DNA of 16,972 nt from a bacterium (GTDB taxonomy: Bacteria; Babelota; Babeliae; Babelales; JAUWHS01), in NCBI GenBank assembly GCA_043818275.1, contig JBDRFY010000088.1, positions 1-16,972 on the forward strand, given 5' to 3'. The position numbers and the translations under genes were made by a program. Every line of letters begins with the position of its first letter. Position 1 is the stretch's first letter. Below the pieces are notes generated by a model. It did no database searches. It saw nothing but the letters and a program-made list of their open reading frames with translations, and had not been told where the DNA came from. Of the stretch, positions 8,469 to 16,747 are shown in pieces.

Positions 8469-8537
8469 TAACTTAACCAGCGCCTGCAGATTGGATTATT
8501 AAAAAGTTTTATTTTTTATTTTATTAAAGGAGAAAGA

Positions 8538-9806
8538 ATGAAAAAAAACATAAAAATTTTTCTGCGACTTATAATTTTATGTTTAACATTTCAAAATATA
8601 TTTGCCTCACAGGGAACAGTTCAGAACAAGTTTACAGAGAAGTATCCTGATCTAAAGAAATCTAAAAAGCTACAAACTGATCTGACAAATAAAATTAAAA
8701 GCACTTCGGTAACTGATGAACAAATGTTTGAAGCAATTATTTATGCATTTGGTAACGAAGACTATTTTAACAATCAAAATTCAGAATACGCAGCATCACT
8801 TAATTTTGTAAAAGCTTTTTCTGAAAATTTCATTTTAAAAGAAAATACGGCTACCGCAAATTTATTCGCAATATCAGCAGGAAATTTTTTAACCCGTTTT
8901 GATCAAACTGGCTCAAAAGACTTAATAAATCAATTATTCGGCAAATCGGAGGAGGCTCTTAAAAATACGGATTATACAAATCAAATAGAAAAAGCGATGC
9001 AAAAAGAAGTAATAGAAGCTGAAAAAAGATTGTCAAAGGCCGTAGGAACAAAAGCTCCTATGAGAGCAAAAAAAGAACTTAAAGCAATCAAACAAACTAA
9101 GGACGACTTCACTGATGCGTTAAAAGCACAAAACACACGCAAAGCAATAGATGCAATCGCAGAGGCTTTAGCCTCGCGTCCAACAGCGTTTGAGATGTTT
9201 CTAAGCACGGTAAAAGCGGTTGTGTTTGCACCGGTGAAAGCCGTTGTCGCAACAGCAGGTTTTGCGAAACAACATCCTTATTTATCAGCTCTTGCAGGAA
9301 CTGTAGCAACCGCAGTTGCTGTTGGAACAATTCTTGCATTTTGGCGAACAAACATACCTTATGAAGAAGCTAAAAAAGACTCCGGTTTATCAGAAAAAAA
9401 TTTCAATACCTCTATAATTAAAGCCGGTAAAACAGTTAATGATGGTTTACGTGAAACCCCTATAAAAGATCCTGAAATAAAAGTTCTGAATGCAACACTT
9501 GTAAAAGCAATCAAAACAGAGAATCCAGAGCTAACTTATGATACACTTTCTAAATTAAATGCCACAAGTATCACAAATCGCTCAGAAATAGAAATGCCAG
9601 AAATAACGCCCCGAGAAAGACTAAAAAATGAAACATCTTTTAGACAACCATCTTCTATAACGGCATCACTCAGCAAAGATGAGAAAATTGATCTGGAAAT
9701 AATGAAAACCCAGGCTAAAGAAGTACCGTCTATGAGCTTCATTGATGGAGTTAAAAAAGGCCTTGTAAGCCCATTTAAAGGTATGGGAAAACTTCTGGGT
9801 TGGTAA
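8538..9806 (+). CDS. Hypothetical exported protein with a central hydrophobic membrane segment
   Basis: 422-aa ORF, AAGGAG RBS, signal peptide ending in QNIFA, helical Lys/Ala-rich region, hydrophobic YLSALAGTVATAVAVGTILAFW. Confidence 0.75.
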   Translation: MKKNIKIFLRLIILCLTFQNIFASQGTVQNKFTEKYPDLKKSKKLQTDLTNKIKSTSVTDEQMFEAIIYAFGNEDYFNNQNSEYAASLNFVKAFSENFILKENTATANLFAISAGNFLTRFDQTGSKDLINQLFGKSEEALKNTDYTNQIEKAMQKEVIEAEKRLSKAVGTKAPMRAKKELKAIKQTKDDFTDALKAQNTRKAIDAIAEALASRPTAFEMFLSTVKAVVFAPVKAVVATAGFAKQHPYLSALAGTVATAVAVGTILAFWRTNIPYEEAKKDSGLSEKNFNTSIIKAGKTVNDGLRETPIKDPEIKVLNATLVKAIKTENPELTYDTLSKLNATSITNRSEIEMPEITPRERLKNETSFRQPSSITASLSKDEKIDLEIMKTQAKEVPSMSFIDGVKKGLVSPFKGMGKLLGW

Positions 9807-9879
9807 TAGAAACCTCTTTAATAAGCCCTTTAAGAGGAATTCGTAAAATAATGATACAAAGCAAAAAAAGAGGAATAAA

Positions 9880-10602
9880 ATGAATAAAAAAAATTTAATA
9901 AAAACATTATTCATGGCAATATCAATTTTAATTATAAATAATGATATTTTTGCAATGGGAAAATACTGGGAACGACCTGGGACGAGAGCCTCGTCTTATT
10001 TGCAAAATTTAAAAAGAGCAAAAGAAACTACAATGACTGGTCAAAATAGTCAATTTAATCAAATTCAAGAACTAATAAAAATTTTTGATCAATATATAAC
10101 TGAACTTAAATCTGCAATCCAACGACCAAATTTGCCTCAAAATGTTCTAGCAGAATTGAATAATGCGGGAACGTGGATGGTGGAACAAAAAAGGAACCTT
10201 GAAACAGAATTGAACGTAATAAAAAATCAAACAGAGCAATTAGACGGTTTATTTGATCAACAACCCGATGAAGAAGTCGCAGAACGCGTAGAAAATGTAG
10301 TAACCTATAGACAACAAATAATAAGCAACATTGCAACAACAGGTATGCAATTATTCAATTCTGCATTTAATACTTTAAATGCGGTAACCATAGGTACTGG
10401 ACTAGGCTCAATAACCTTGTCGCTTCTTGCTGCTCCTGTAGCAGTACCTGTGGGAGCTGCCGTTGGCTTTGGAATTGGCGCCGGAATAGCCGCAGCTGGT
10501 ATTGGGACAGGTGTAAGGTCTGTTACAAGAAGATATATGGATAGACCAGGACAACCAAGAATAGAAGAAATAAACGAAGAAGAAGATATGGATCTTGACT
10601 AA
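9880..10602 (+). CDS. Hypothetical exported coiled-coil protein with a Gly/Ala-rich hydrophobic hairpin and acidic tail
   Basis: 240 aa, GAGGA RBS, signal peptide ending in NDIFA, ~45-residue uncharged GxxxG-rich segment, C-terminus DMDLD. Confidence 0.78.
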   Translation: MNKKNLIKTLFMAISILIINNDIFAMGKYWERPGTRASSYLQNLKRAKETTMTGQNSQFNQIQELIKIFDQYITELKSAIQRPNLPQNVLAELNNAGTWMVEQKRNLETELNVIKNQTEQLDGLFDQQPDEEVAERVENVVTYRQQIISNIATTGMQLFNSAFNTLNAVTIGTGLGSITLSLLAAPVAVPVGAAVGFGIGAGIAAAGIGTGVRSVTRRYMDRPGQPRIEEINEEEDMDLD

Positions 10603-10613
10603 AAAGTATTAAT

Positions 10614-10696
10614 ATCTTTTTAAAAAACAACAGGATTAGCACTTTCAACAAAAACAAAACAAAGAGCGCAAAGATAAACTTTGCGCTCTTTGTTTT
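10614..10696 (-). pseudogene. Decayed duplicate of the fabF 3' end
   Basis: Direct-orientation matches to 15202-15287: atcttttt, aacaacagRattagcac (16/17), agagcgcRaag and ctttgcgctctttg, in almost the same register. Minus-strand translations give KTKSAK..FAL and ANPVV, versus FabF KAKSAKINFAL and ANSVV. Confidence 0.75.
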
Positions 10697-10711
10697 GTTT
10701 TTGTTGAAAGT
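10641..10711. terminator. Perfect 33-bp hairpin, probable bidirectional terminator
   Basis: 10641-10673 is the exact reverse complement of 10679-10711. Loop is ataaa; GC-rich core followed by a T-rich arm; lies directly downstream of 9880..10602. Confidence 0.8.
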
Positions 10712-10786
10712 TATTGCTTTATCCTTCAATAATAAAATATCTTTTTTGTAAATTAGTTCCTTGGAATTTCTATTTAGGGGAAAGAT

Positions 10787-12838
10787 ATGTCTAATATTAA
10801 CTTTAGTTTTTCAAAAATTTTAATTTTATATGTTTTTTTATTTTTTGTTTTTAATAAAAACATTTTTGCGCAAGAATCATCTGATATTGAATTTTTATCT
10901 GAGAAAGAAAGGATAAGAATAGTAACATATTTTTTAAAATCCTATCCGGTCAAATATGGAGAAATTTTAAGGGGTCCTCTTACTGATCAAGAGCGACGAT
11001 GGTCAGCGAAGTCCGAATTTATGACTGCTATGAATTGTATAATGAATGTCATTCAGTTGACTCCAGGTTTTGATCGGCCCAGTGTAATTACACCAGAAAT
11101 AGTTGATAAATTAATTGAAAAGTATAAAGAAAATAAAAATATATCGGATATCCTTAATGAATATAAAGAGGTTCTTAAAAAACCGGATTTTAATATTACT
11201 GAAAAAAACATTACTAATGAAAACAATCTTGAAGAAATTAGTCTTACAGAAAGATGGAAAAGCCTTTTGTTAAATATTAGTTTTTCTCCTCCAAGTATTT
11301 CAAATAAAAACATAGAAAAACTATTAACGTATATACTGAAATTGAAAGGTAAATTTCAGAAAGATAAAGATTCATACGAAGGCGACTATCCGGATTTGAT
11401 TATTGAATTGGCTATTACTAATCAAAAAAACTTAACAGAAATACCAATTATTACAGATGATAAAAATATTTCAGAAAACATGTTTTATTTAAGTTTTGCG
11501 GATAATAATCTTATAAGTTTCAATTTTTTAAATTGTTCTGATGGTGTATCTATCGATTTATCGGGAAATGAAAAGTTAAAATTAAATAATGATCAAATTC
11601 ATTCACTTTACAATTTAGGTTATAAAAAAGAACAAAGTAATGATTTTTTAAGGCTAAAAAAAGACGTTTGGGTAGGATTAGAAGGAACTGATTATGCTAA
11701 TATTGAAAAGATATATGTAATTTATTGTTTTTTACAACAAATTATTAATTTTACATCAATAAACCGATCGGATATTAGCGTCTGGTTGAGCTATATTGAA
11801 GGTATAGAGATTCTTTTTAAATATTTATTTAGTAGGCAATTATCTTCTTTGGAACATCTTTTTTTTAAGGACCTTTTTTTTAAAAAAAATCAGTTAAATA
11901 GGACTGTGAATGCCGCAAAAAAGTATTTTGAAGAGCATAAACAAGTGATATTAGATTCTTTTGATACATACAAAGAATCGTACAATTTTTTTATAAATGA
12001 AGCTAAGAACAAATTTGAAGAAAAAATTGAAACAAAAGAAGAAAGAATAAGAAGAGCTGAAGCAAACAAAGCGGCAAAAATAAAAGAAGAAGAAAGACTG
12101 AAACGTGAAGACGAGCAAGAAAAAGCCGCAACAACAATTCAACGTACTACAAGAAAATTTCTTGAGAGAAAACACGAACAAGAACAATTACGTATTTTAT
12201 TAGAAGAACTAAATGAAAAAATAAAAAATGGAATTACCCCTGAAAATCGTAATTTAGAAGAAATCAAAAAAGAATTAATAACTAAACTTGAAGAATATAC
12301 GAAAAACACAAAAGATAATTCATTAAAAAATAAATTGATTGAGTTAGCAAATAATTTTAATAATCTTGTTAATCTTATCCTTAAAAATCAGATCGAAAAG
12401 AACACAGAATTAAACTTTTTGACGGAAAATCCAATAACAAAAATCAAAAATCTTAAATATTTAATGCATTTTGCCATTATGGCAAATGACCCAAATCTTA
12501 ATCACTCTGAAAAAACTTCAGTAATCAAAATTAAATTACTTGAACTTGTCGGAAAACCATACAGTCTAAAAAATATCAATGATTGGAATAATATAAAATA
12601 TTTCTCTGACATAAATCCACAAAATATTACCGAACTTTTAAAACCAATACCAACAATTTTAAAAACAGAAATAAGTAACTATATAGAAGATCAACGTAAA
12701 GACAAAAATATTTCAGGAGAAACAAAATTAAAAATTACGGACAATGCATATCAAAAAATTATTTCTACAAAATATGATCCTGCCTTAGACATTGAAAAAA
12801 TATTCAACGAAGAAATCCAAAATCAAATAAAAGAATAA
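10787..12838 (+). CDS. Hypothetical exported protein with LRR-like repeats, charged coiled coil and IQ motif
   Basis: 683 aa, signal peptide ending in KNIFA, LRR-like strings LSFADNNLISF and IDLSGNEKL, AATTIQRTTRKFLERK. Confidence 0.75.
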   Translation: MSNINFSFSKILILYVFLFFVFNKNIFAQESSDIEFLSEKERIRIVTYFLKSYPVKYGEILRGPLTDQERRWSAKSEFMTAMNCIMNVIQLTPGFDRPSVITPEIVDKLIEKYKENKNISDILNEYKEVLKKPDFNITEKNITNENNLEEISLTERWKSLLLNISFSPPSISNKNIEKLLTYILKLKGKFQKDKDSYEGDYPDLIIELAITNQKNLTEIPIITDDKNISENMFYLSFADNNLISFNFLNCSDGVSIDLSGNEKLKLNNDQIHSLYNLGYKKEQSNDFLRLKKDVWVGLEGTDYANIEKIYVIYCFLQQIINFTSINRSDISVWLSYIEGIEILFKYLFSRQLSSLEHLFFKDLFFKKNQLNRTVNAAKKYFEEHKQVILDSFDTYKESYNFFINEAKNKFEEKIETKEERIRRAEANKAAKIKEEERLKREDEQEKAATTIQRTTRKFLERKHEQEQLRILLEELNEKIKNGITPENRNLEEIKKELITKLEEYTKNTKDNSLKNKLIELANNFNNLVNLILKNQIEKNTELNFLTENPITKIKNLKYLMHFAIMANDPNLNHSEKTSVIKIKLLELVGKPYSLKNINDWNNIKYFSDINPQNITELLKPIPTILKTEISNYIEDQRKDKNISGETKLKITDNAYQKIISTKYDPALDIEKIFNEEIQNQIKE

Positions 12839-12869
12839 TCATCTCTTAATTCTTTTTTGAGGAGATAGG

Positions 12870-14705
12870 ATGAACACAAAAAAGATTTTTATTTTATTGT
12901 TCTTAACAATATTTTTTATTCCCCATAAAATTTCGGTTTTTGCATCAAATTCAGTTGCAACAAATTCATTTGAAACAGATTCGACTGAATTAATTAAACT
13001 ATTAAGTGAAAAAAAAGCTAAAGAAAATTTTGATAAAATAACCAAGCTAAACGAAGAAATTAACTTATATTTAACACATAAAATCGAAAATCTTGATAAA
13101 TATTCGAATTTAACAGAAAAAACAATACCGCAACTAAATCAATTAAACAATTTTTTAAAAAAAGTTGATGAAGAAATCGAAAAAAGAAAAGAAGCCATTA
13201 CAGACATTCCTGTAAGTCCATATAATTTTGCTATTGAAGCTAGGGAAAAGCATGAATTAAAAGAAATAGAAAAACAAAAAAATGAATTTGTAAAATTAAA
13301 AGATGATATCAAACAAAAACTAGAAAGATTAAAGTTAAATTTTTTAACCGCAGAAGAAGAAAAAAATAGGCTGTCAACGTTAAAAGAGTTAAATATAAAG
13401 AAAACAACGCTTGAACAGGAAATGGGACTAACCACTAACTCAATACGAAAACTAAATAACGAAAAAGAACAATTGGAAGGATTAGTAAAAGATTATGAAA
13501 TAAAATATCCCAAAACTTATTTTCTTTGGGCAGAAGGACAAAATTATAAAGCTCAAATAAACAAAAAGAAGGAAGAGCTTGATAAACTCACACAAAAAAT
13601 AAAACCGTCAATAAACGAATACGAAAAATTAAAAGTAAAAATAACATTACTCACACAATTAACCGAGGATGAGATTGATGAGTTAGACAAATTAGAAACT
13701 AAACCCGAAATAAAATTAACATTTTTTTTACCCGTTTTTTCATCCGTTTTTTCATCCGTTAATAAAGAAAAGGCATTTATAATAATTGCCGATCTATTGA
13801 TTACATTTATGCTTACCGGGAAACCTGTCCCTGCATATCTACTATACACAAATATAGGATCCTATATTGATATAAATAAACGTTTATGGTCAGCTCAAAA
13901 TCAATGGGGACCAAAAATTATAGAACTCACGTTTAATATTTTATCTGAAAGCCTTAAAAAATTATTACCTTTATCTAAAAACCCAATAATTACTATTGAA
14001 GCAATAATAAACAATATTAAAACGTATTTTGATCAAATTACTCCAGGGATAATCAAATTTCCTGTTCAAACAATAGGCATTTTAATAATATATTTGCTAA
14101 AATGGTATACTTACAATTGGTTATTTCAACAATTAATACAAACTGTTGATCCATTAATCCTAAAACCTCTAATTGCCAATGGAATTTTAGCCAAAATTAA
14201 TATTGGTCCTCTAAATCTTGAAACAATGGTCAAAATTATCTCTCTTTTTATACCTTATATAATCCAATATGAAAAACTAAAAAAAGATTTTAGATTAAAC
14301 GATGTAGCGTTTAATCTAAGAATCACAAAGTTAACTAAAGAATTAATACTAAACATAACAAACATAATCTCAATTTTTTTGAAACAAAAAAAAGGCCCTC
14401 AAGCAAAAACACTAGAAACTCTTGGAAAAAATTGGGAAAACCAAGAAAAAAGAAATCAGGCAATAAATAATATTGCTCTAAATATATTACCTTTTGTTAA
14501 CACGAAAAACTTTTTATTATTAATCAAAACGATATTGAAATTAAATGGAATTTTTTTTAAAAAATCATCTTTAATTCCAGATAACTTATTAACATCAATT
14601 GAAAAAATGAAACCAGAAGGACCTGCAATAGATAATGAACAAGAAGTACAAAAAAATTTAATTACTCTAGGTAAAGGGCTGGAAAATCTTTCTCCGGTAA
14701 CATAA
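12870..14705 (+). CDS. Hypothetical exported coiled-coil protein with hydrophobic C-terminal half
   Basis: 611 aa, GGAG RBS, signal peptide ending in SVFA, long K/E/L heptad region, then several hydrophobic segments. Confidence 0.75.
   Translation: MNTKKIFILLFLTIFFIPHKISVFASNSVATNSFETDSTELIKLLSEKKAKENFDKITKLNEEINLYLTHKIENLDKYSNLTEKTIPQLNQLNNFLKKVDEEIEKRKEAITDIPVSPYNFAIEAREKHELKEIEKQKNEFVKLKDDIKQKLERLKLNFLTAEEEKNRLSTLKELNIKKTTLEQEMGLTTNSIRKLNNEKEQLEGLVKDYEIKYPKTYFLWAEGQNYKAQINKKKEELDKLTQKIKPSINEYEKLKVKITLLTQLTEDEIDELDKLETKPEIKLTFFLPVFSSVFSSVNKEKAFIIIADLLITFMLTGKPVPAYLLYTNIGSYIDINKRLWSAQNQWGPKIIELTFNILSESLKKLLPLSKNPIITIEAIINNIKTYFDQITPGIIKFPVQTIGILIIYLLKWYTYNWLFQQLIQTVDPLILKPLIANGILAKINIGPLNLETMVKIISLFIPYIIQYEKLKKDFRLNDVAFNLRITKLTKELILNITNIISIFLKQKKGPQAKTLETLGKNWENQEKRNQAINNIALNILPFVNTKNFLLLIKTILKLNGIFFKKSSLIPDNLLTSIEKMKPEGPAIDNEQEVQKNLITLGKGLENLSPVT
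13732..13760 (+). repeat. In-frame 12-nt tandem repeat, 2.4 copies
   Basis: ccgttttttcat ccgttttttcat ccgtt, encoding PVFSSVFSSV. Confidence 0.8.
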
Positions 14706-14739
14706 AAATAAATAATTCTAGACAAAAAAAGGGAAATAT

Positions 14740-15195
14740 ATGAATTATAAAAAAATTTTTACTGTTTTAATTTATTATCTTTTACCTTATTCAAATAATT
14801 TTCTTTTAGCTCAAACAACAGCTTTAGTTCCAATTAATAAGATAACAATTGAAAAAGAAAATCCTGTCTATGAAGTTACAATGAGAGAAATAATAAAAGC
14901 GGAAAATAAAAAAGAAGAACCAATAACTATTCTTTCATCAACAATTCTTTCATTTATGATTATGCAAATGATGTCAGATTCAGAAGGGGCAAAAATAAAG
15001 AACGAAGCAGAATTCAATAAAAAATATTTACAGTGGCTTGAAAGTTCCGGAAATACAGCGATGAAAATATACAACGAAACTAAAGCTCTTCCCGAACCAG
15101 AAAAAAGAAAATTATTAGAAGCAGCTCCAACAGAAAAAGGTAAAGAAGTTGAAATAACAGAAATAAAAGAAACAACAATTGAAGATATAGATTGA
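14740..15195 (+). CDS. Hypothetical small exported protein with acidic tail
   Basis: 151 aa, signal-like N-terminus ending in FLLA, one hydrophobic segment (ITILSSTILSFMIMQMM), C-terminus TIEDID. Confidence 0.7.
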   Translation: MNYKKIFTVLIYYLLPYSNNFLLAQTTALVPINKITIEKENPVYEVTMREIIKAENKKEEPITILSSTILSFMIMQMMSDSEGAKIKNEAEFNKKYLQWLESSGNTAMKIYNETKALPEPEKRKLLEAAPTEKGKEVEITEIKETTIEDID

Positions 15196-15197
15196 TG

Positions 15198-16481
15198 TCA
15201 AATCTTTTTCAACCCAACAACAGAATTAGCACCGCCAAAACCGAATGAATTTGAGAGCGCGAAGTTTATCTTTGCGCTCTTTGCTTTTTTAGATACATAA
15301 TCAAGATCACAATGTTGATCCGGTTCATCTAAATTAATTGTTGGAGGCACAATCTGATTTTGCAAGGTTAAAGCTGTAATTGCTATTTCAAGCGCTCCAG
15401 CCGCGCCCAAAAGATGTCCCGTCATAGATTTGGTACTGCTGACTAAAATATGATTTTCATTTTTTTGATTAATATACTCACCAAAAACATCTTTTAATAT
15501 TTTAGTTTCAACAGGATCATTCATTGGAGTTCCGGTTCCATGTGCATTTATGTAATTAATTTGCTCTGGTGAAATTTGCGCATCCCGCAAAGCCAAATTT
15601 ATCGCGCGTTTGGCACCAAAACCCTCAGGATGCATTGCAGTTATATGATAAGCATCTGAAGTTGCGCCATAACCAATAATTTCAGCATAAATTTTTGCCC
15701 CACTTTTTTTCGCTGTTTCATAATTTTGCAAAATTAACACAGCGCTTCCTTCTGATAAAACAAATCCGGTTCTATTTTTATCAAAAGGTCGTGAAGCTTT
15801 TTTCGGGTCATCATTCCAGGTTGAAAGTGCCCGCATATTTCCAAACGCAGAAATTGAAAGCGGATTTATAGCACTTTCAGTTCCACCAGCCAAAGCATAA
15901 TCAGAATAACCGTCACGAATATTTCTAAACGCAAACCCAATCGCATCACTACTTGAAGAACACGCATTAACAATTGTAGTTAATTGTCCCTGTAAATTAT
16001 GTTTAATACTTATCCAGCTTGATGCTTCATTAGAAATTGATTTTGGAATTAAAAAAGGGGAAACTTTTTTTGTCCCACCCTGATTTAAATCATTTAGGCT
16101 CTCATAAATCGAATCGATTCCACCAACACCAATGCCCAAAAAAATTGAGAATCTATCCCGCGATTCAGGAAAAGAATTTGTAATTCCGGCGTCATTAAGT
16201 GCTTCGTTTGCCGCAATCATCGCAAGGTGAATAAATCGATCGGTTTTGCGTTGTTCATTTTTGGTCAGTACTTTATCCAGAATTTCTTGTTCATTTTTAA
16301 CAAGACCAAAAGATTTCCATGGCGTATTTTTTAGTAATTCATGTTCAAAAACAGAAAGACCCGAGCGACCATTAATTAATGATTGCCAGGAATCAGAGAC
16401 GTTATTTCCAACAGGATTAATCATACCGATTCCGGTTATAACAACCCGGTTTTCAGATAAACGTTTATTTTGAGTCGGCAT
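15198..16481 (-). CDS. fabF: Beta-ketoacyl-ACP synthase II
   Basis: RVVITGIG, catalytic NACSS, NAHGTGT, STKSMTGHLLGAAG and SNSFGFGG motifs; lies directly downstream of acpP. Confidence 0.97.
   Translation of the reverse strand: MPTQNKRLSENRVVITGIGMINPVGNNVSDSWQSLINGRSGLSVFEHELLKNTPWKSFGLVKNEQEILDKVLTKNEQRKTDRFIHLAMIAANEALNDAGITNSFPESRDRFSIFLGIGVGGIDSIYESLNDLNQGGTKKVSPFLIPKSISNEASSWISIKHNLQGQLTTIVNACSSSSDAIGFAFRNIRDGYSDYALAGGTESAINPLSISAFGNMRALSTWNDDPKKASRPFDKNRTGFVLSEGSAVLILQNYETAKKSGAKIYAEIIGYGATSDAYHITAMHPEGFGAKRAINLALRDAQISPEQINYINAHGTGTPMNDPVETKILKDVFGEYINQKNENHILVSSTKSMTGHLLGAAGALEIAITALTLQNQIVPPTINLDEPDQHCDLDYVSKKAKSAKINFALSNSFGFGGANSVVGLKKI
15254..15290 (+). terminator. Intrinsic terminator for the plus-strand ORFan transcript, embedded antisense in fabF
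   Basis: agagcgcgaag-tttat-ctttgcgctct forms an 11-bp stem with one G.U pair on the plus strand, followed by ttgctttttt. The convergent genes have only a 2-nt gap. Confidence 0.6.
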
Positions 16482-16495
16482 ATTGCTAAATAATA

Positions 16496-16747
16496 TTATT
16501 TTGTTCTGGCAGAATGAATATGATTTATCGCGTCCTGAACAGTTTTGATTTTTTCAGCATCTTCATCTTTAATTTCAATGCCAAAAGTTTCTTCAAAACT
16601 CATAATCATTTCAACAATATCTAAAGAATCAGCGCCCAGATCATTTTTAAATGTTGATTCAATTGTGATGTTTTCTTTTGGAATACTTAATTTTTCAGCA
16701 ATTACATCTATCACTTTTTGCTGCGTATCTTCTTTTGAAAAACTCAT
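16496..16747 (-). CDS. acpP: Acyl carrier protein
   Basis: [11 protein letters not shown] phosphopantetheine site, acidic 83-aa protein, AAGGAG RBS at 16756-16761. Confidence 0.98.
   Translation of the reverse strand: MSFSKEDTQQKVIDVIAEKLSIPKENITIESTFKNDLGADSLDIVEMIMSFEETFGIEIKDEDAEKIKTVQDAINHIHSARTK

Noticed and set aside
9981..9995. Hairpin gacgag-agc-ctcgtc within a CDS
   Set aside because: 6-bp stem, single copy, no match to the other repeat families.
10523..10729. 68-aa minus-strand ORF containing KTKSAKFIFAL
   Set aside because: It is explained by the fabF relic and hairpin, overlaps 9880..10602, and is frameshifted relative to the FabF tail.
10660..15283. Invertible segment between 11-5-11 recombinase-like sites
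   Set aside because: Inversion would replace the conserved FabF SNSFGFGG end, no recombinase is present, and direct-orientation flanking homology explains the match better.
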